Virus record (IMG/VR): IMGVR_UViG_3300031994_000022
DNA: 64,000 nt
Source: a virus
Taxonomy: Duplodnaviria; Caudoviricetes
Reading direction: 5' to 3' (one strand)
Shown here: positions 56,614 through 64,000 of the stretch, piece by piece
Numbering within the stretch: the stretch's first letter is position 1
Layout of the letters: each line of letters starts with the position of its first letter
Program-made: the position numbers and the translations under genes
The notes under the pieces: model-generated
The model's input: only the letters and a program-made list of their open reading frames with translations
Told to the model about the DNA's origin: nothing
Databases searched by the model: none

Positions 56614-56961
56614 ATGAACGCAAGACAGAAGGCGAAAAAACTAAAAAAGAAAATAAACACTCTTAAATCTGATAACAATTTGATGCGAAGAATTATTGCA
56701 GACAGTCCTACCATGCAAGAGCTTTATGATGCATATAATAAACCAAAGTTTGCAACATATACCACAATGCAATTTCAAGAATTAACAGCAAAGAGAATAA
56801 TTCCTGTATATATGGCAGATATTGAGGGAGTTATTGAACGTGCGAAACAAGCAGTTGCAGAAGATTTGTTCGAGAGCGTTAAAGAAAATATAACTTATGA
56901 AGTTGATGATAAAGATAGAACACCAACGATCACAGCGAGTATTTTTATTGGCAGAAAATGA
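56614..56961 (+). CDS. hypothetical protein
   Basis: MNARQKAKK. Confidence 0.7.
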   Translation: MNARQKAKKLKKKINTLKSDNNLMRRIIADSPTMQELYDAYNKPKFATYTTMQFQELTAKRIIPVYMADIEGVIERAKQAVAEDLFESVKENITYEVDDKDRTPTITASIFIGRK

Positions 56962-56970
56962 GGAATAAAA

Positions 56971-57159
56971 ATGAAAATAAAAGAACTAATAAAACAATTA
57001 GAGGATATGCAGTTACTTTATGGTGACAAAATAATATTAACAGTAACAGATGGAGAATTAGATTATTATATTAGGGATATAAAAGGAATTAGTTGTGCCA
57101 AGTATTTCGAGCCTTCCGATAATGTAGCTGAGGTTATCATTGCTATTAGTAGAAAGTGA
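56971..57159 (+). CDS. hypothetical protein
   Basis: MKIKELIKQL. Confidence 0.7.
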   Translation: MKIKELIKQLEDMQLLYGDKIILTVTDGELDYYIRDIKGISCAKYFEPSDNVAEVIIAISRK

Positions 57160-57335
57160 GGAATGAATATGACAGCAGAAGAAATCATAGCTGATGAAAG
57201 ATATCATACTTGCGGAAGATGCAAGCATGGAGATACACCTTCTGATGATTATCCTTGTAATGAATGTGTGCATGGGTTTGATAACAGGCGAGACTTTTGG
57301 GAATTGGCAGAAAGTTGCAAGGTGGGTGAAAGCGA

Positions 57336-57563
57336 ATGATAGAAGATTTAAAAACATGTCCATTTTGCGGACAATCTGTGGAAATTAAATATTTCGTAGT
57401 TAATTATCCTTTTACTTTTACAAGTAATGGTTATCAAATTACTTGTCCTTTATGCGGTATTGGTTTTAAAGAAAACATTTCAAGACTTCCAGAATTTTGT
57501 CCTGATGAAGTTGCAAAAGCGAAAAGAAAGTTGATCAATAAATGGAATAGACGAGGGGGGTGA
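57336..57563 (+). CDS. Lar-family (restriction alleviation-like) Zn-finger protein
   Basis: LKTCPFCG...CPLCG...KWNRR. Confidence 0.7.
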   Translation: MIEDLKTCPFCGQSVEIKYFVVNYPFTFTSNGYQITCPLCGIGFKENISRLPEFCPDEVAKAKRKLINKWNRRGG

Positions 57564-57569
57564 GAGCGA

Positions 57570-57941
57570 ATGACATTCGAACTTGACGAAGCAATTAAGC
57601 ATTGCGAGGAAGCAGCAGAAGAAAAAGAGAACAATGCTAAGAGCTATCCTAGACCTGATAAGAATGTAAAGGGTGGTGGAAGAAAGTATAACGCTTGTAT
57701 TAAATGTGCCAAAGAATACCGACAACTTGCAGAGTGGCTGAGAGAGTTAAAGTTTTATAAAGACCGTCAATACCTAATCAACAATAGCTGGCAGGAGTCA
57801 ATCAGATACAAAGAAGGGATTGAAAAAATAAAGATGCGCAGCCAGGCATACCGAGAGCGTGGCGAAACTATATTAGCAAGTGGTATGGAACAAGCATTGG
57901 ATATATTGAAGGAGGTAAACGCTGATGACCGTAACTTGTGA
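57570..57941 (+). CDS. hypothetical protein
   Basis: LDEAIKHC...CAKEYRQLAEWLREL. Confidence 0.75.
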   Translation: MTFELDEAIKHCEEAAEEKENNAKSYPRPDKNVKGGGRKYNACIKCAKEYRQLAEWLRELKFYKDRQYLINNSWQESIRYKEGIEKIKMRSQAYRERGETILASGMEQALDILKEVNADDRNL

Positions 57942-58110
57942 AATAAATGATTATTCTAATCCATCACAACCAAAAATCAAAGTACATAATGCGTGGTGTT
58001 ATTCTGATACAATGGTGGAATTAGAAATTGAAGGAAAACGATATACAGTAAAGGGGTCTGAATTGATAGGAGCAATAAATAAGTGCTTATTAAGTTATGG
58101 AGAACAGTGA
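57925..58110 (+). CDS. hypothetical protein
   Basis: RBS + ATG. Confidence 0.7.
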   Translation: MTVTCEINDYSNPSQPKIKVHNAWCYSDTMVELEIEGKRYTVKGSELIGAINKCLLSYGEQ

Positions 58111-58115
58111 GGTAA

Positions 58116-58424
58116 ATGCTTATGACACTTGATGAGACAATTGAGCATTTTGAGGGAATAGCCGAACGATTGGTAGTTACTGATTGCCAAGAATGTGCTG
58201 TCGATTACCACCAGATTGCAGAGTGGTTAAAAGAGTTGAAAGAATCTAGGATAGTTCTGGATATATTGGGACAATTTCTTGTTGATACAGATATAGATGT
58301 TTGTTGTGAAGATTTGATTATGACAGATGACTATTGTGAGAAATATTGTGATAACAAAAAACCATTATGTTGGTATAGATGGGCGAAGTTAAAAGCAAGG
58401 GAGGTAAACGCTGATGAAGATTAA
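58116..58424 (+). CDS. hypothetical protein, N-terminus paralogous to 57570..57941
   Basis: LDETIEH...CAVDYHQIAEWLKEL. Confidence 0.75.
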   Translation: MLMTLDETIEHFEGIAERLVVTDCQECAVDYHQIAEWLKELKESRIVLDILGQFLVDTDIDVCCEDLIMTDDYCEKYCDNKKPLCWYRWAKLKAREVNADED

Positions 58425-58674
58425 ACATGAGTTTGATTACAAAGCCGATTGGGATGAGATAGCTGATGAATTTACTGCTAATGATTCAGCTTATCAAGCA
58501 CAAATACTTGAGAGGATTGGACAAACTTTTAGAAAATGGTCTAAAGATAAAACGAGAACGGCAACATATATTCAGCTTATGGAGATAGCGGAAGGTTTAG
58601 ATAATGACGGTAAGTGGTTTATTGATACTTTACATGATTATATTCAGGAGGTAAATGCTGATGAGGATAGTTAA
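58414..58674 (+). CDS. hypothetical protein
   Basis: RBS + ATG. Confidence 0.7.
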   Translation: MKIKHEFDYKADWDEIADEFTANDSAYQAQILERIGQTFRKWSKDKTRTATYIQLMEIAEGLDNDGKWFIDTLHDYIQEVNADEDS

Positions 58675-58960
58675 AGATGATATATATATGGAGTATGATA
58701 TCATTGTTGACGATAAAAAAGTAGGGACAGTTGAGTTGTGTCCTGGGCGTATGGAGATCTCAAGACTTGTAATCTTTGAACCGTATCAGAATATGGGATA
58801 TGGAACTGAAGCGGTTAAAACACTTGTAAAAGATGGTTATAACTCTTTGTGGGTGAGGTCGGATAATCCGAGAGCAATCCATGTATACGAGAAATGTGGA
58901 TTTAAGAGAGCAGAGACACAGATGTTTGAAATGAGGTGGGAAGATGGAGATAGTAATTAA
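58661..58960 (+). CDS. GNAT-family N-acetyltransferase
   Basis: YQNMGYG acetyl-CoA motif; NPRAIHVYEKCGF. Confidence 0.85.
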   Translation: MRIVKDDIYMEYDIIVDDKKVGTVELCPGRMEISRLVIFEPYQNMGYGTEAVKTLVKDGYNSLWVRSDNPRAIHVYEKCGFKRAETQMFEMRWEDGDSN

Positions 58961-59192
58961 GATACCAGATGAAATTTATAAGAAGTATATGGACGATAGA
59001 ACCCATGTTACAGATGTGCTTCACGCTGTTCGTCATGGTACGCCGCTCCCTAAACATCACGGAAGAATCATCGATGAAAGCAAAATAAACGAGGTTTATG
59101 CATATACAGAAGCAAATATAATTAACAATATAAAAATTTTAAGAACAACAATCACACATACTGATGCACCAACCATAATTAAAGGAGAATAA
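58944..59192 (+). CDS. hypothetical protein
   Basis: GTPLPKHHGRIID...APTII. Confidence 0.7.
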   Translation: MEIVIKIPDEIYKKYMDDRTHVTDVLHAVRHGTPLPKHHGRIIDESKINEVYAYTEANIINNIKILRTTITHTDAPTIIKGE

Positions 59193-59194
59193 CT

Positions 59195-59584
59195 ATGAGT
59201 AATTGGACACACGTAGCAGGAATTATAAGAGTTGATGGTATAGCAGATTTAGATTTTGATAAAGAGATCGGTAAAGAATGTTTATGGGAGTCACCTAGCG
59301 AGATATGGGAGGATGCCGAAGCAAATCCGGATAAATACCTACCTATGGGTAGCGAAGGTAGTCTTCAGAAAAGTATATGGATAAATCCAAATGGTAACTG
59401 TTTAGCTCGTTACACAATCTCTATATTTGGAGATCTACGAGATCACCACAGCACCTCTGAGATTATAGAATGGTTTAAAGGGAAGTGTGAACCACTCTGG
59501 GTGAGAAACGCAGTGATTACTGTAAGCAATGAGTGGTATGGTACGGAAACATATACATATGTAGAAAATGAAGGAGAAAATTAA
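59195..59584 (+). CDS. conserved hypothetical protein
   Basis: MSNWTHV...GSEG...GDLRD. Confidence 0.75.
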   Translation: MSNWTHVAGIIRVDGIADLDFDKEIGKECLWESPSEIWEDAEANPDKYLPMGSEGSLQKSIWINPNGNCLARYTISIFGDLRDHHSTSEIIEWFKGKCEPLWVRNAVITVSNEWYGTETYTYVENEGEN

Positions 59585-59637
59585 AAGTTGACAAAAATAT
59601 CGCGTTATGATATCGTGACAATAAAGGAGGAAATTAA

Positions 59638-59871
59638 ATGATTAACTATAGACGTAATGATGTAGTTCAGTTTACTGAAAATCATAAGTGGGCAGCTTGT
59701 TTGGGAATTATAAATGAAGTAAAGAAACTTGATGATGATGTGAGATATATGATTGGAATACCAATACCTGAACGTGGTACGGCATATATATATTCAATGG
59801 AAAGTGATAAGGAATTTGAGCTGGTAGGTATCGCGGTATTGGGGTATGCAGATAAGGATGGTGAAGAATGA
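59638..59871 (+). CDS. hypothetical SH3-like protein
   Basis: RBS + ATG; TTGACA promoter at 59588. Confidence 0.7.
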   Translation: MINYRRNDVVQFTENHKWAACLGIINEVKKLDDDVRYMIGIPIPERGTAYIYSMESDKEFELVGIAVLGYADKDGEE

Positions 59872-60791
59872 AACACTTTATGGATATATCAAGGATAATA
59901 GAAAATGAGGGTTCTGAATTGACAATGAGTAATACCGAGGCATTTAAACCCGGAGACATTATACAAATTTCCGAAAAGGTTGATGGCGCAAATGCGTCTA
60001 TAGCTTTAGACGATAACGGAAATCTTGTCGCTTACTCACGAAAGAATGAACTTAATTATCAAAATACCCTTCGTGGTTTTTGGAATTATGTGCAGACTTT
60101 GGATAGAGAAAAGTTTCGGGATTTAGGAAAACGTGTATGTTTTGGCGAATGGTTGGTATCACATACTGTCAAGTATAACGCAGATGCTTATGACAAGTGG
60201 TATGTGTATGATATGTATGATACGGAAACAGAAGAATGGCTGCCACAGAGTGTTGTAAAGGAATTTGCAGAGACTCACGGACTTGAATATATACATGTTT
60301 TATATGAGGGAGAATTTATTTCTTGGGATCATTGTCGTACATTTCTTAACAGTCCGGCTTATGGAGATAGTCAGGAAGGTATTGTGGTAAAGAATCAATC
60401 TAAACTTAATTGTCCAGATATAAGGCGACCATTTTACCTCAAGATAGTTAATGATTCTTTTATGGAAACCAAAGCCCATAATCATATTAAAAAGGTGCTT
60501 GATCCACAGCATCAGGAGGAAAAGAATCAAGCGGAAGAGATAGCCAATGAAGTAGTTACTAAGGCAAGAGTACAAAAAGAAATTCATAAGATGATTGATG
60601 AGGGTATTCTTCCTGAGAAACTTCAACCTAAAGATATGAGTGTGGTTGCAAGAAATTTACCGAAGAGGATATATGATGACATAGTTAAAGAAGAACTAGA
60701 ACGTATTTCAGATACTATTGGCAATCATTATTTTGGTAAAGCGGTTAATGCAGTAACTATGAATTATGCGAAAGATATAATATTAGGATAA
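59868..60791 (+). CDS. RNA ligase (Rnl2-like)
   Basis: motif I EKVDGAN, FGEW, EGIVVK, LKIV. Confidence 0.85.
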   Translation: MKHFMDISRIIENEGSELTMSNTEAFKPGDIIQISEKVDGANASIALDDNGNLVAYSRKNELNYQNTLRGFWNYVQTLDREKFRDLGKRVCFGEWLVSHTVKYNADAYDKWYVYDMYDTETEEWLPQSVVKEFAETHGLEYIHVLYEGEFISWDHCRTFLNSPAYGDSQEGIVVKNQSKLNCPDIRRPFYLKIVNDSFMETKAHNHIKKVLDPQHQEEKNQAEEIANEVVTKARVQKEIHKMIDEGILPEKLQPKDMSVVARNLPKRIYDDIVKEELERISDTIGNHYFGKAVNAVTMNYAKDIILG

Positions 60792-60820
60792 AATGAGTCT
60801 TTTAAAGGAGGTAATTAAAT

Positions 60821-62884
60821 ATGTTGGATTTTAAAGTTGTAAAAATTGGATTAGAGAATCATTTTAAAAAGATGTCGGAAGAGAATGAACGTCTATTTGT
60901 AGTTGATGTAGATAAAGATGAGATGTGGAATCTGTATTTAGACAGTATACCATCAGAAGATAACAAAATCTTTAGGCAAAGAAGAGAATATGACTGCTCT
61001 TGTTGTAGACATTTTATTAAATCCATTGGAAATGTTGTGTCAATTAAAGATGGAGTTGTTACATCAATATGGGATTTCGAAACCACTGAACCAAAATGGA
61101 ACATGGTTGTAAAGAAGCTTTCTGAATATATAAAGTCTAAGACAATATCAGATATATTTATTTCAAAGTTCGCAGACATAGGTACAGACTACAATATGGA
61201 GCAGAGCGAAGATGGAAAGCTTATTAAGTGGGAACATTTTTATTGTAAGCTTCCGGATAAGTTTGTTTTTAGATCCAGATATGACACGATTGATACTGAA
61301 CGTAGTCAGTATAGAGATGTCAGAAATGTTTTTAAGCGTTCACTTGATGAACTTTCCATGGATGCGGTTGACACCGTACTCGATCTGATTAATCAGGGTA
61401 GCTTGTATAAAGGTGACGAATACAAGAGAGTTGTGCAGAATTTTAGAGCATTAAAGAAAGAATATGACTCACTTTCAGATTATCAGAAAGAGCTATTTGC
61501 TTGGGAGAAGTCGGTTGTTACCGATGTTGCAACTGCAAAAATCCGTAATACTGCGATAGGAACATTACTTATAGATATTTCCGAAAATCTTGATTTGGAA
61601 GTGGCAGTTAAGAAGTATGAAGCGGTTACAGCTCCAGCAAATTACAAGAGATCAAAGCCGATTTTTACTAAGCAGATGCTTGAGGATGCACAGAAGACTA
61701 TAACAGAACTTGGATATTTAGATTCATTAGAGAGAAGATATGCAAATGCAGATGATATTACCGTAAATAATATAATCTTTAGCAATAAAGATACAGCAAA
61801 ACGTGTGCAGGGTGGTAGTTCATTGTTTGATGAATTAAGCAAAGAGGTTAAATCTTCTCCGAAGAAATTCGACAGAGTAGAAGAAATTGGAATTGAAAAA
61901 TTTATTAATGATGTGGTTCCAACGGCAACCGAAATAGAAGCATATGTAGAAGGAAAACATAGTCAAAATTTTGTGTCGCTGATAGCTCCGGTAAACAAGG
62001 ACTCAAAGACAATGTTTAAATGGAATAATAATTTTTCCTGGGCATATACGGGCAATGTTACTGACTCGATGGTCAAACAGAATGTAAAGAATGCTGGTGG
62101 TAAAGTAGATGGAGTACTTCGATTCAGTATTCAGTGGAATGATTTAGGAGAATATGATGGTAATGATCTTGATGCTCATTGTATCGAACCTAATCTAAAT
62201 GAAATCTTTTACAGTAACTGTAGGAAACCTAGTTATTCAAGATTGGGTGGACAGCTTGATATAGATATTATAAATCCTAGTAGAGATACTCCAGCAGTTG
62301 AAAATATTACATGGGGAGATATTTCGAAAATGCAGGATGGTGTTTATAAGTTTTTTGTTCATTGTTACACTAACAGAGGTGGACATTCAGGATTTAGAGC
62401 TGAGATAGAATTTAATGGACAGATATATTCTTATGATTACACAAAGGATCTTCGTCAGGGTGAAAAAGTTCAAGTAGCTGAAGTTACATTAAAGAATGGA
62501 CAGTTTACTATAGAGGAAAAGCTCACATCTAATTGTTCTAGTAGAGAAGTTTGGGGTATAAAAACAAACGAATTTACCCCAGTTTCAGTTATATGTTATT
62601 CGCCAAATTATTGGGATGAACAGAATGGAATAGGAAACAAACATTATTTCTTTATGCTTAAGGATTGTGTTAATCCAGAACTTCCAAATGCTTATTATAA
62701 TGAGTTCCTTAATGGAGAGTTATATCCTAAGCATCGTAAAGTAATGGAAGCGTTGGCTTCAAAGGCTCACGTTCAAGATGCAGATGATCAGTTGTCTGGT
62801 ATAGGATTTAGTTCGACATTAAGAAATGAACTTGTTGTAAAGGTTAAGGGTGCTACCGAAAGAATACTTAAAATAAAATTTTAA
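60821..62884 (+). CDS. conserved phage protein with C-terminal YfaP/TerD-like beta domain
   Basis: YDCSCCRHF; RFSIQW..DLDAHC..LDID..VENITW. Confidence 0.65.
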   Translation: MLDFKVVKIGLENHFKKMSEENERLFVVDVDKDEMWNLYLDSIPSEDNKIFRQRREYDCSCCRHFIKSIGNVVSIKDGVVTSIWDFETTEPKWNMVVKKLSEYIKSKTISDIFISKFADIGTDYNMEQSEDGKLIKWEHFYCKLPDKFVFRSRYDTIDTERSQYRDVRNVFKRSLDELSMDAVDTVLDLINQGSLYKGDEYKRVVQNFRALKKEYDSLSDYQKELFAWEKSVVTDVATAKIRNTAIGTLLIDISENLDLEVAVKKYEAVTAPANYKRSKPIFTKQMLEDAQKTITELGYLDSLERRYANADDITVNNIIFSNKDTAKRVQGGSSLFDELSKEVKSSPKKFDRVEEIGIEKFINDVVPTATEIEAYVEGKHSQNFVSLIAPVNKDSKTMFKWNNNFSWAYTGNVTDSMVKQNVKNAGGKVDGVLRFSIQWNDLGEYDGNDLDAHCIEPNLNEIFYSNCRKPSYSRLGGQLDIDIINPSRDTPAVENITWGDISKMQDGVYKFFVHCYTNRGGHSGFRAEIEFNGQIYSYDYTKDLRQGEKVQVAEVTLKNGQFTIEEKLTSNCSSREVWGIKTNEFTPVSVICYSPNYWDEQNGIGNKHYFFMLKDCVNPELPNAYYNEFLNGELYPKHRKVMEALASKAHVQDADDQLSGIGFSSTLRNELVVKVKGATERILKIKF

Positions 62885-62907
62885 TATAAATAAAGGAGAA
62901 AATTAAT

Positions 62908-63303
62908 ATGGCAGATTTATTCAAGATTGCAACAAAGAAAAAGTATAGATTTAACTATAAGGGTCAGGCTACAGTGGAGGATTTATGGGATTTATCAGTA
63001 GAAGAACTTGATAAGATTTATAAAAATCTCAAGTCTCTACAGAAGAACGCATCAGAGGAATCTCTGCTGCAGACTGTAACAAAAGAAGATAAGGAACTTA
63101 ATAATAAGATTGAAATTATTAAGACTATTGTAACTGATAAGTTAGCAGCAAAGGATCGTGCTATGAAGGCGGCATCGCAGAGAGCGCAGAATCAGCGTAT
63201 CCTTGAGATTATGGCTGATAAGCAGGATGCTGCTCTTAAGGAAAAATCTATAGAAGAACTACAGAACATGTTAATTACAGAAGATATTAATGATGAGGAA
63301 TAA
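62908..63303 (+). CDS. conserved coiled-coil phage protein
   Basis: YRF..KG..VEDLWDL. Confidence 0.75.
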   Translation: MADLFKIATKKKYRFNYKGQATVEDLWDLSVEELDKIYKNLKSLQKNASEESLLQTVTKEDKELNNKIEIIKTIVTDKLAAKDRAMKAASQRAQNQRILEIMADKQDAALKEKSIEELQNMLITEDINDEE

Positions 63304-63314
63304 ATAAAATTTAC

Positions 63315-63416
63315 GATGAGGTGGCGGAAAAGGTAGACGCAGTGAGAGGACTGATGCTTATAATGAAGGACTTACTGATGGAGCATCATGTAAGGTGCAA
63401 ATCCTTACCCTCATCA
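63315..63416 (+). tRNA. tRNA-Leu-type scaffold with 24 nt anticodon loop (tRNA-like RNA)
   Basis: GATGAGG/CCTCATC acceptor, GCG-GAAAAGGTAGA-CGC D-arm, TGATG/CATCA variable arm, GTAAGG-TGCAAAT-CCTTAC T-arm. Confidence 0.6.
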
Positions 63417-63418
63417 AA

Positions 63419-63512
63419 CTACCATATCCCTCACGCCTGGGGCGGTGGAATGGAGCCTTATGGTGGATCGGTTCGAATCCGGTACTGTCCTTGGTGGGCT
63501 AGGGTATGGTGG
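63419..63512 (+). ncRNA. tRNA-like element inside a long closing stem
   Basis: ACCATATCCCT/AGGGTATGGT; GGGCGGT/ACTGTCC; ATCGG-TTCGAAT-CCGGT. Confidence 0.5.
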
Positions 63513-63555
63513 TAAACCATTATATAAAAAATAATTTTTAAAGGCGGAAATTAAA

Positions 63556-63807
63556 ATGAAAAAGATTGTTTGCGGTTGCTTTGGAAACATATATTACGCA
63601 ACGATATTAAAAGATGGTTTAATGTCGGATGTTAACAGAGTAGATGTTACAGACGATGCTATTGATGCGGTACTCCAACATATAATTTCGATGGATAAAT
63701 TTGATAAAGAAGGTTTTGCTGGATACGTTTTTCGTAAGACGAAAACTGATGGACATATATGTCTATGCGTATTTGATAAGGATAAATACGAACTAAAAAA
63801 GAAATAA
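63556..63807 (+). CDS. hypothetical protein
   Basis: IYYA..DVTDDAIDAV. Confidence 0.7.
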   Translation: MKKIVCGCFGNIYYATILKDGLMSDVNRVDVTDDAIDAVLQHIISMDKFDKEGFAGYVFRKTKTDGHICLCVFDKDKYELKKK

Positions 63808-63965
63808 TAGTTATTACCGCAGGGGTGGCAGTGGTACCAATCTTAGCGGATTATCCCTCCTGATGAAGAGGTTTCGCTGCGGTATATAAATGAATATGTG
63901 CCCATGGTTATGTGGTAGTACCCTCATGTAACCTATAAAACTGAATTTTTATTGGAGGGTAAAAA

Positions 63966-64000
63966 ATGGAAAATTTGCAAATATATGGTGAGATGCAACT
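63966..64000 (+). CDS. partial CDS
   Basis: GGAGG RBS + ATG, runs off window. Confidence 0.5.
   Translation, partial: MENLQIYGEMQ

Noticed and set aside
32634-61842. Numerous minus-strand ORFs in the right arm and plus-strand ORFs in the left arm
   Set aside because: Shadow ORFs opposite well-supported genes that have RBSs
63321-63515. 64 aa ORF
   Set aside because: Coincides with two tRNA-like structures
63855-63880. Hammerhead ribozyme (CTGATGA)
   Set aside because: No GAAA core or stem arrangement; CTGATGAA is a simple hairpin loop
1-64000. Stop-codon reassignment, DGR or retron
   Set aside because: Long genes are intact under code 11 and use all three stops; no reverse transcriptase or TR/VR pair was seen

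Overview
The window is part of a large, low-GC Firmicute phage or prophage with SPbeta/c-st-like gene order. The host is probably Clostridia/Lachnospiraceae (inferred). Left arm (1-31.3 kb, minus strand): RuvC, holins, a homing endonuclease, a tyrosine recombinase, a cysteine desulfurase, tail and neck genes (one split by a LAGLIDADG-carrying group I intron), capsid, prohead protease, portal, terminase, degenerate tRNAs, amidase, metallophosphoesterase, an HU-like protein, a YonO-like single-subunit RNA polymerase and a CI/LexA-like repressor. Right arm (31.4-64 kb, plus strand): about 90 small early/accessory genes, a second tyrosine recombinase, HicA, GP88, Lar, GNAT, an RNA ligase and tRNA-like RNAs. 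Two things stand out. (1) A ~1.85 kb ORF-less RNA array between portal and protease is built from many different modules that resemble type III toxin-antitoxin RNA antitoxins: ToxI-like and CptI-like pseudoknots, a 52-53 nt triple repeat and two abiF-like hairpins. It is a candidate multi-family RNA antitoxin-decoy (anti-defence) array. (2) About 21 copies of an inverted-arm site ATRAAA-N6-TTTNAW sit at gene boundaries, 17 of them within 40.0-45.0 kb, suggesting an integron-like gene-cassette array. All family assignments come from motif recognition by eye; no database search or folding program was run.
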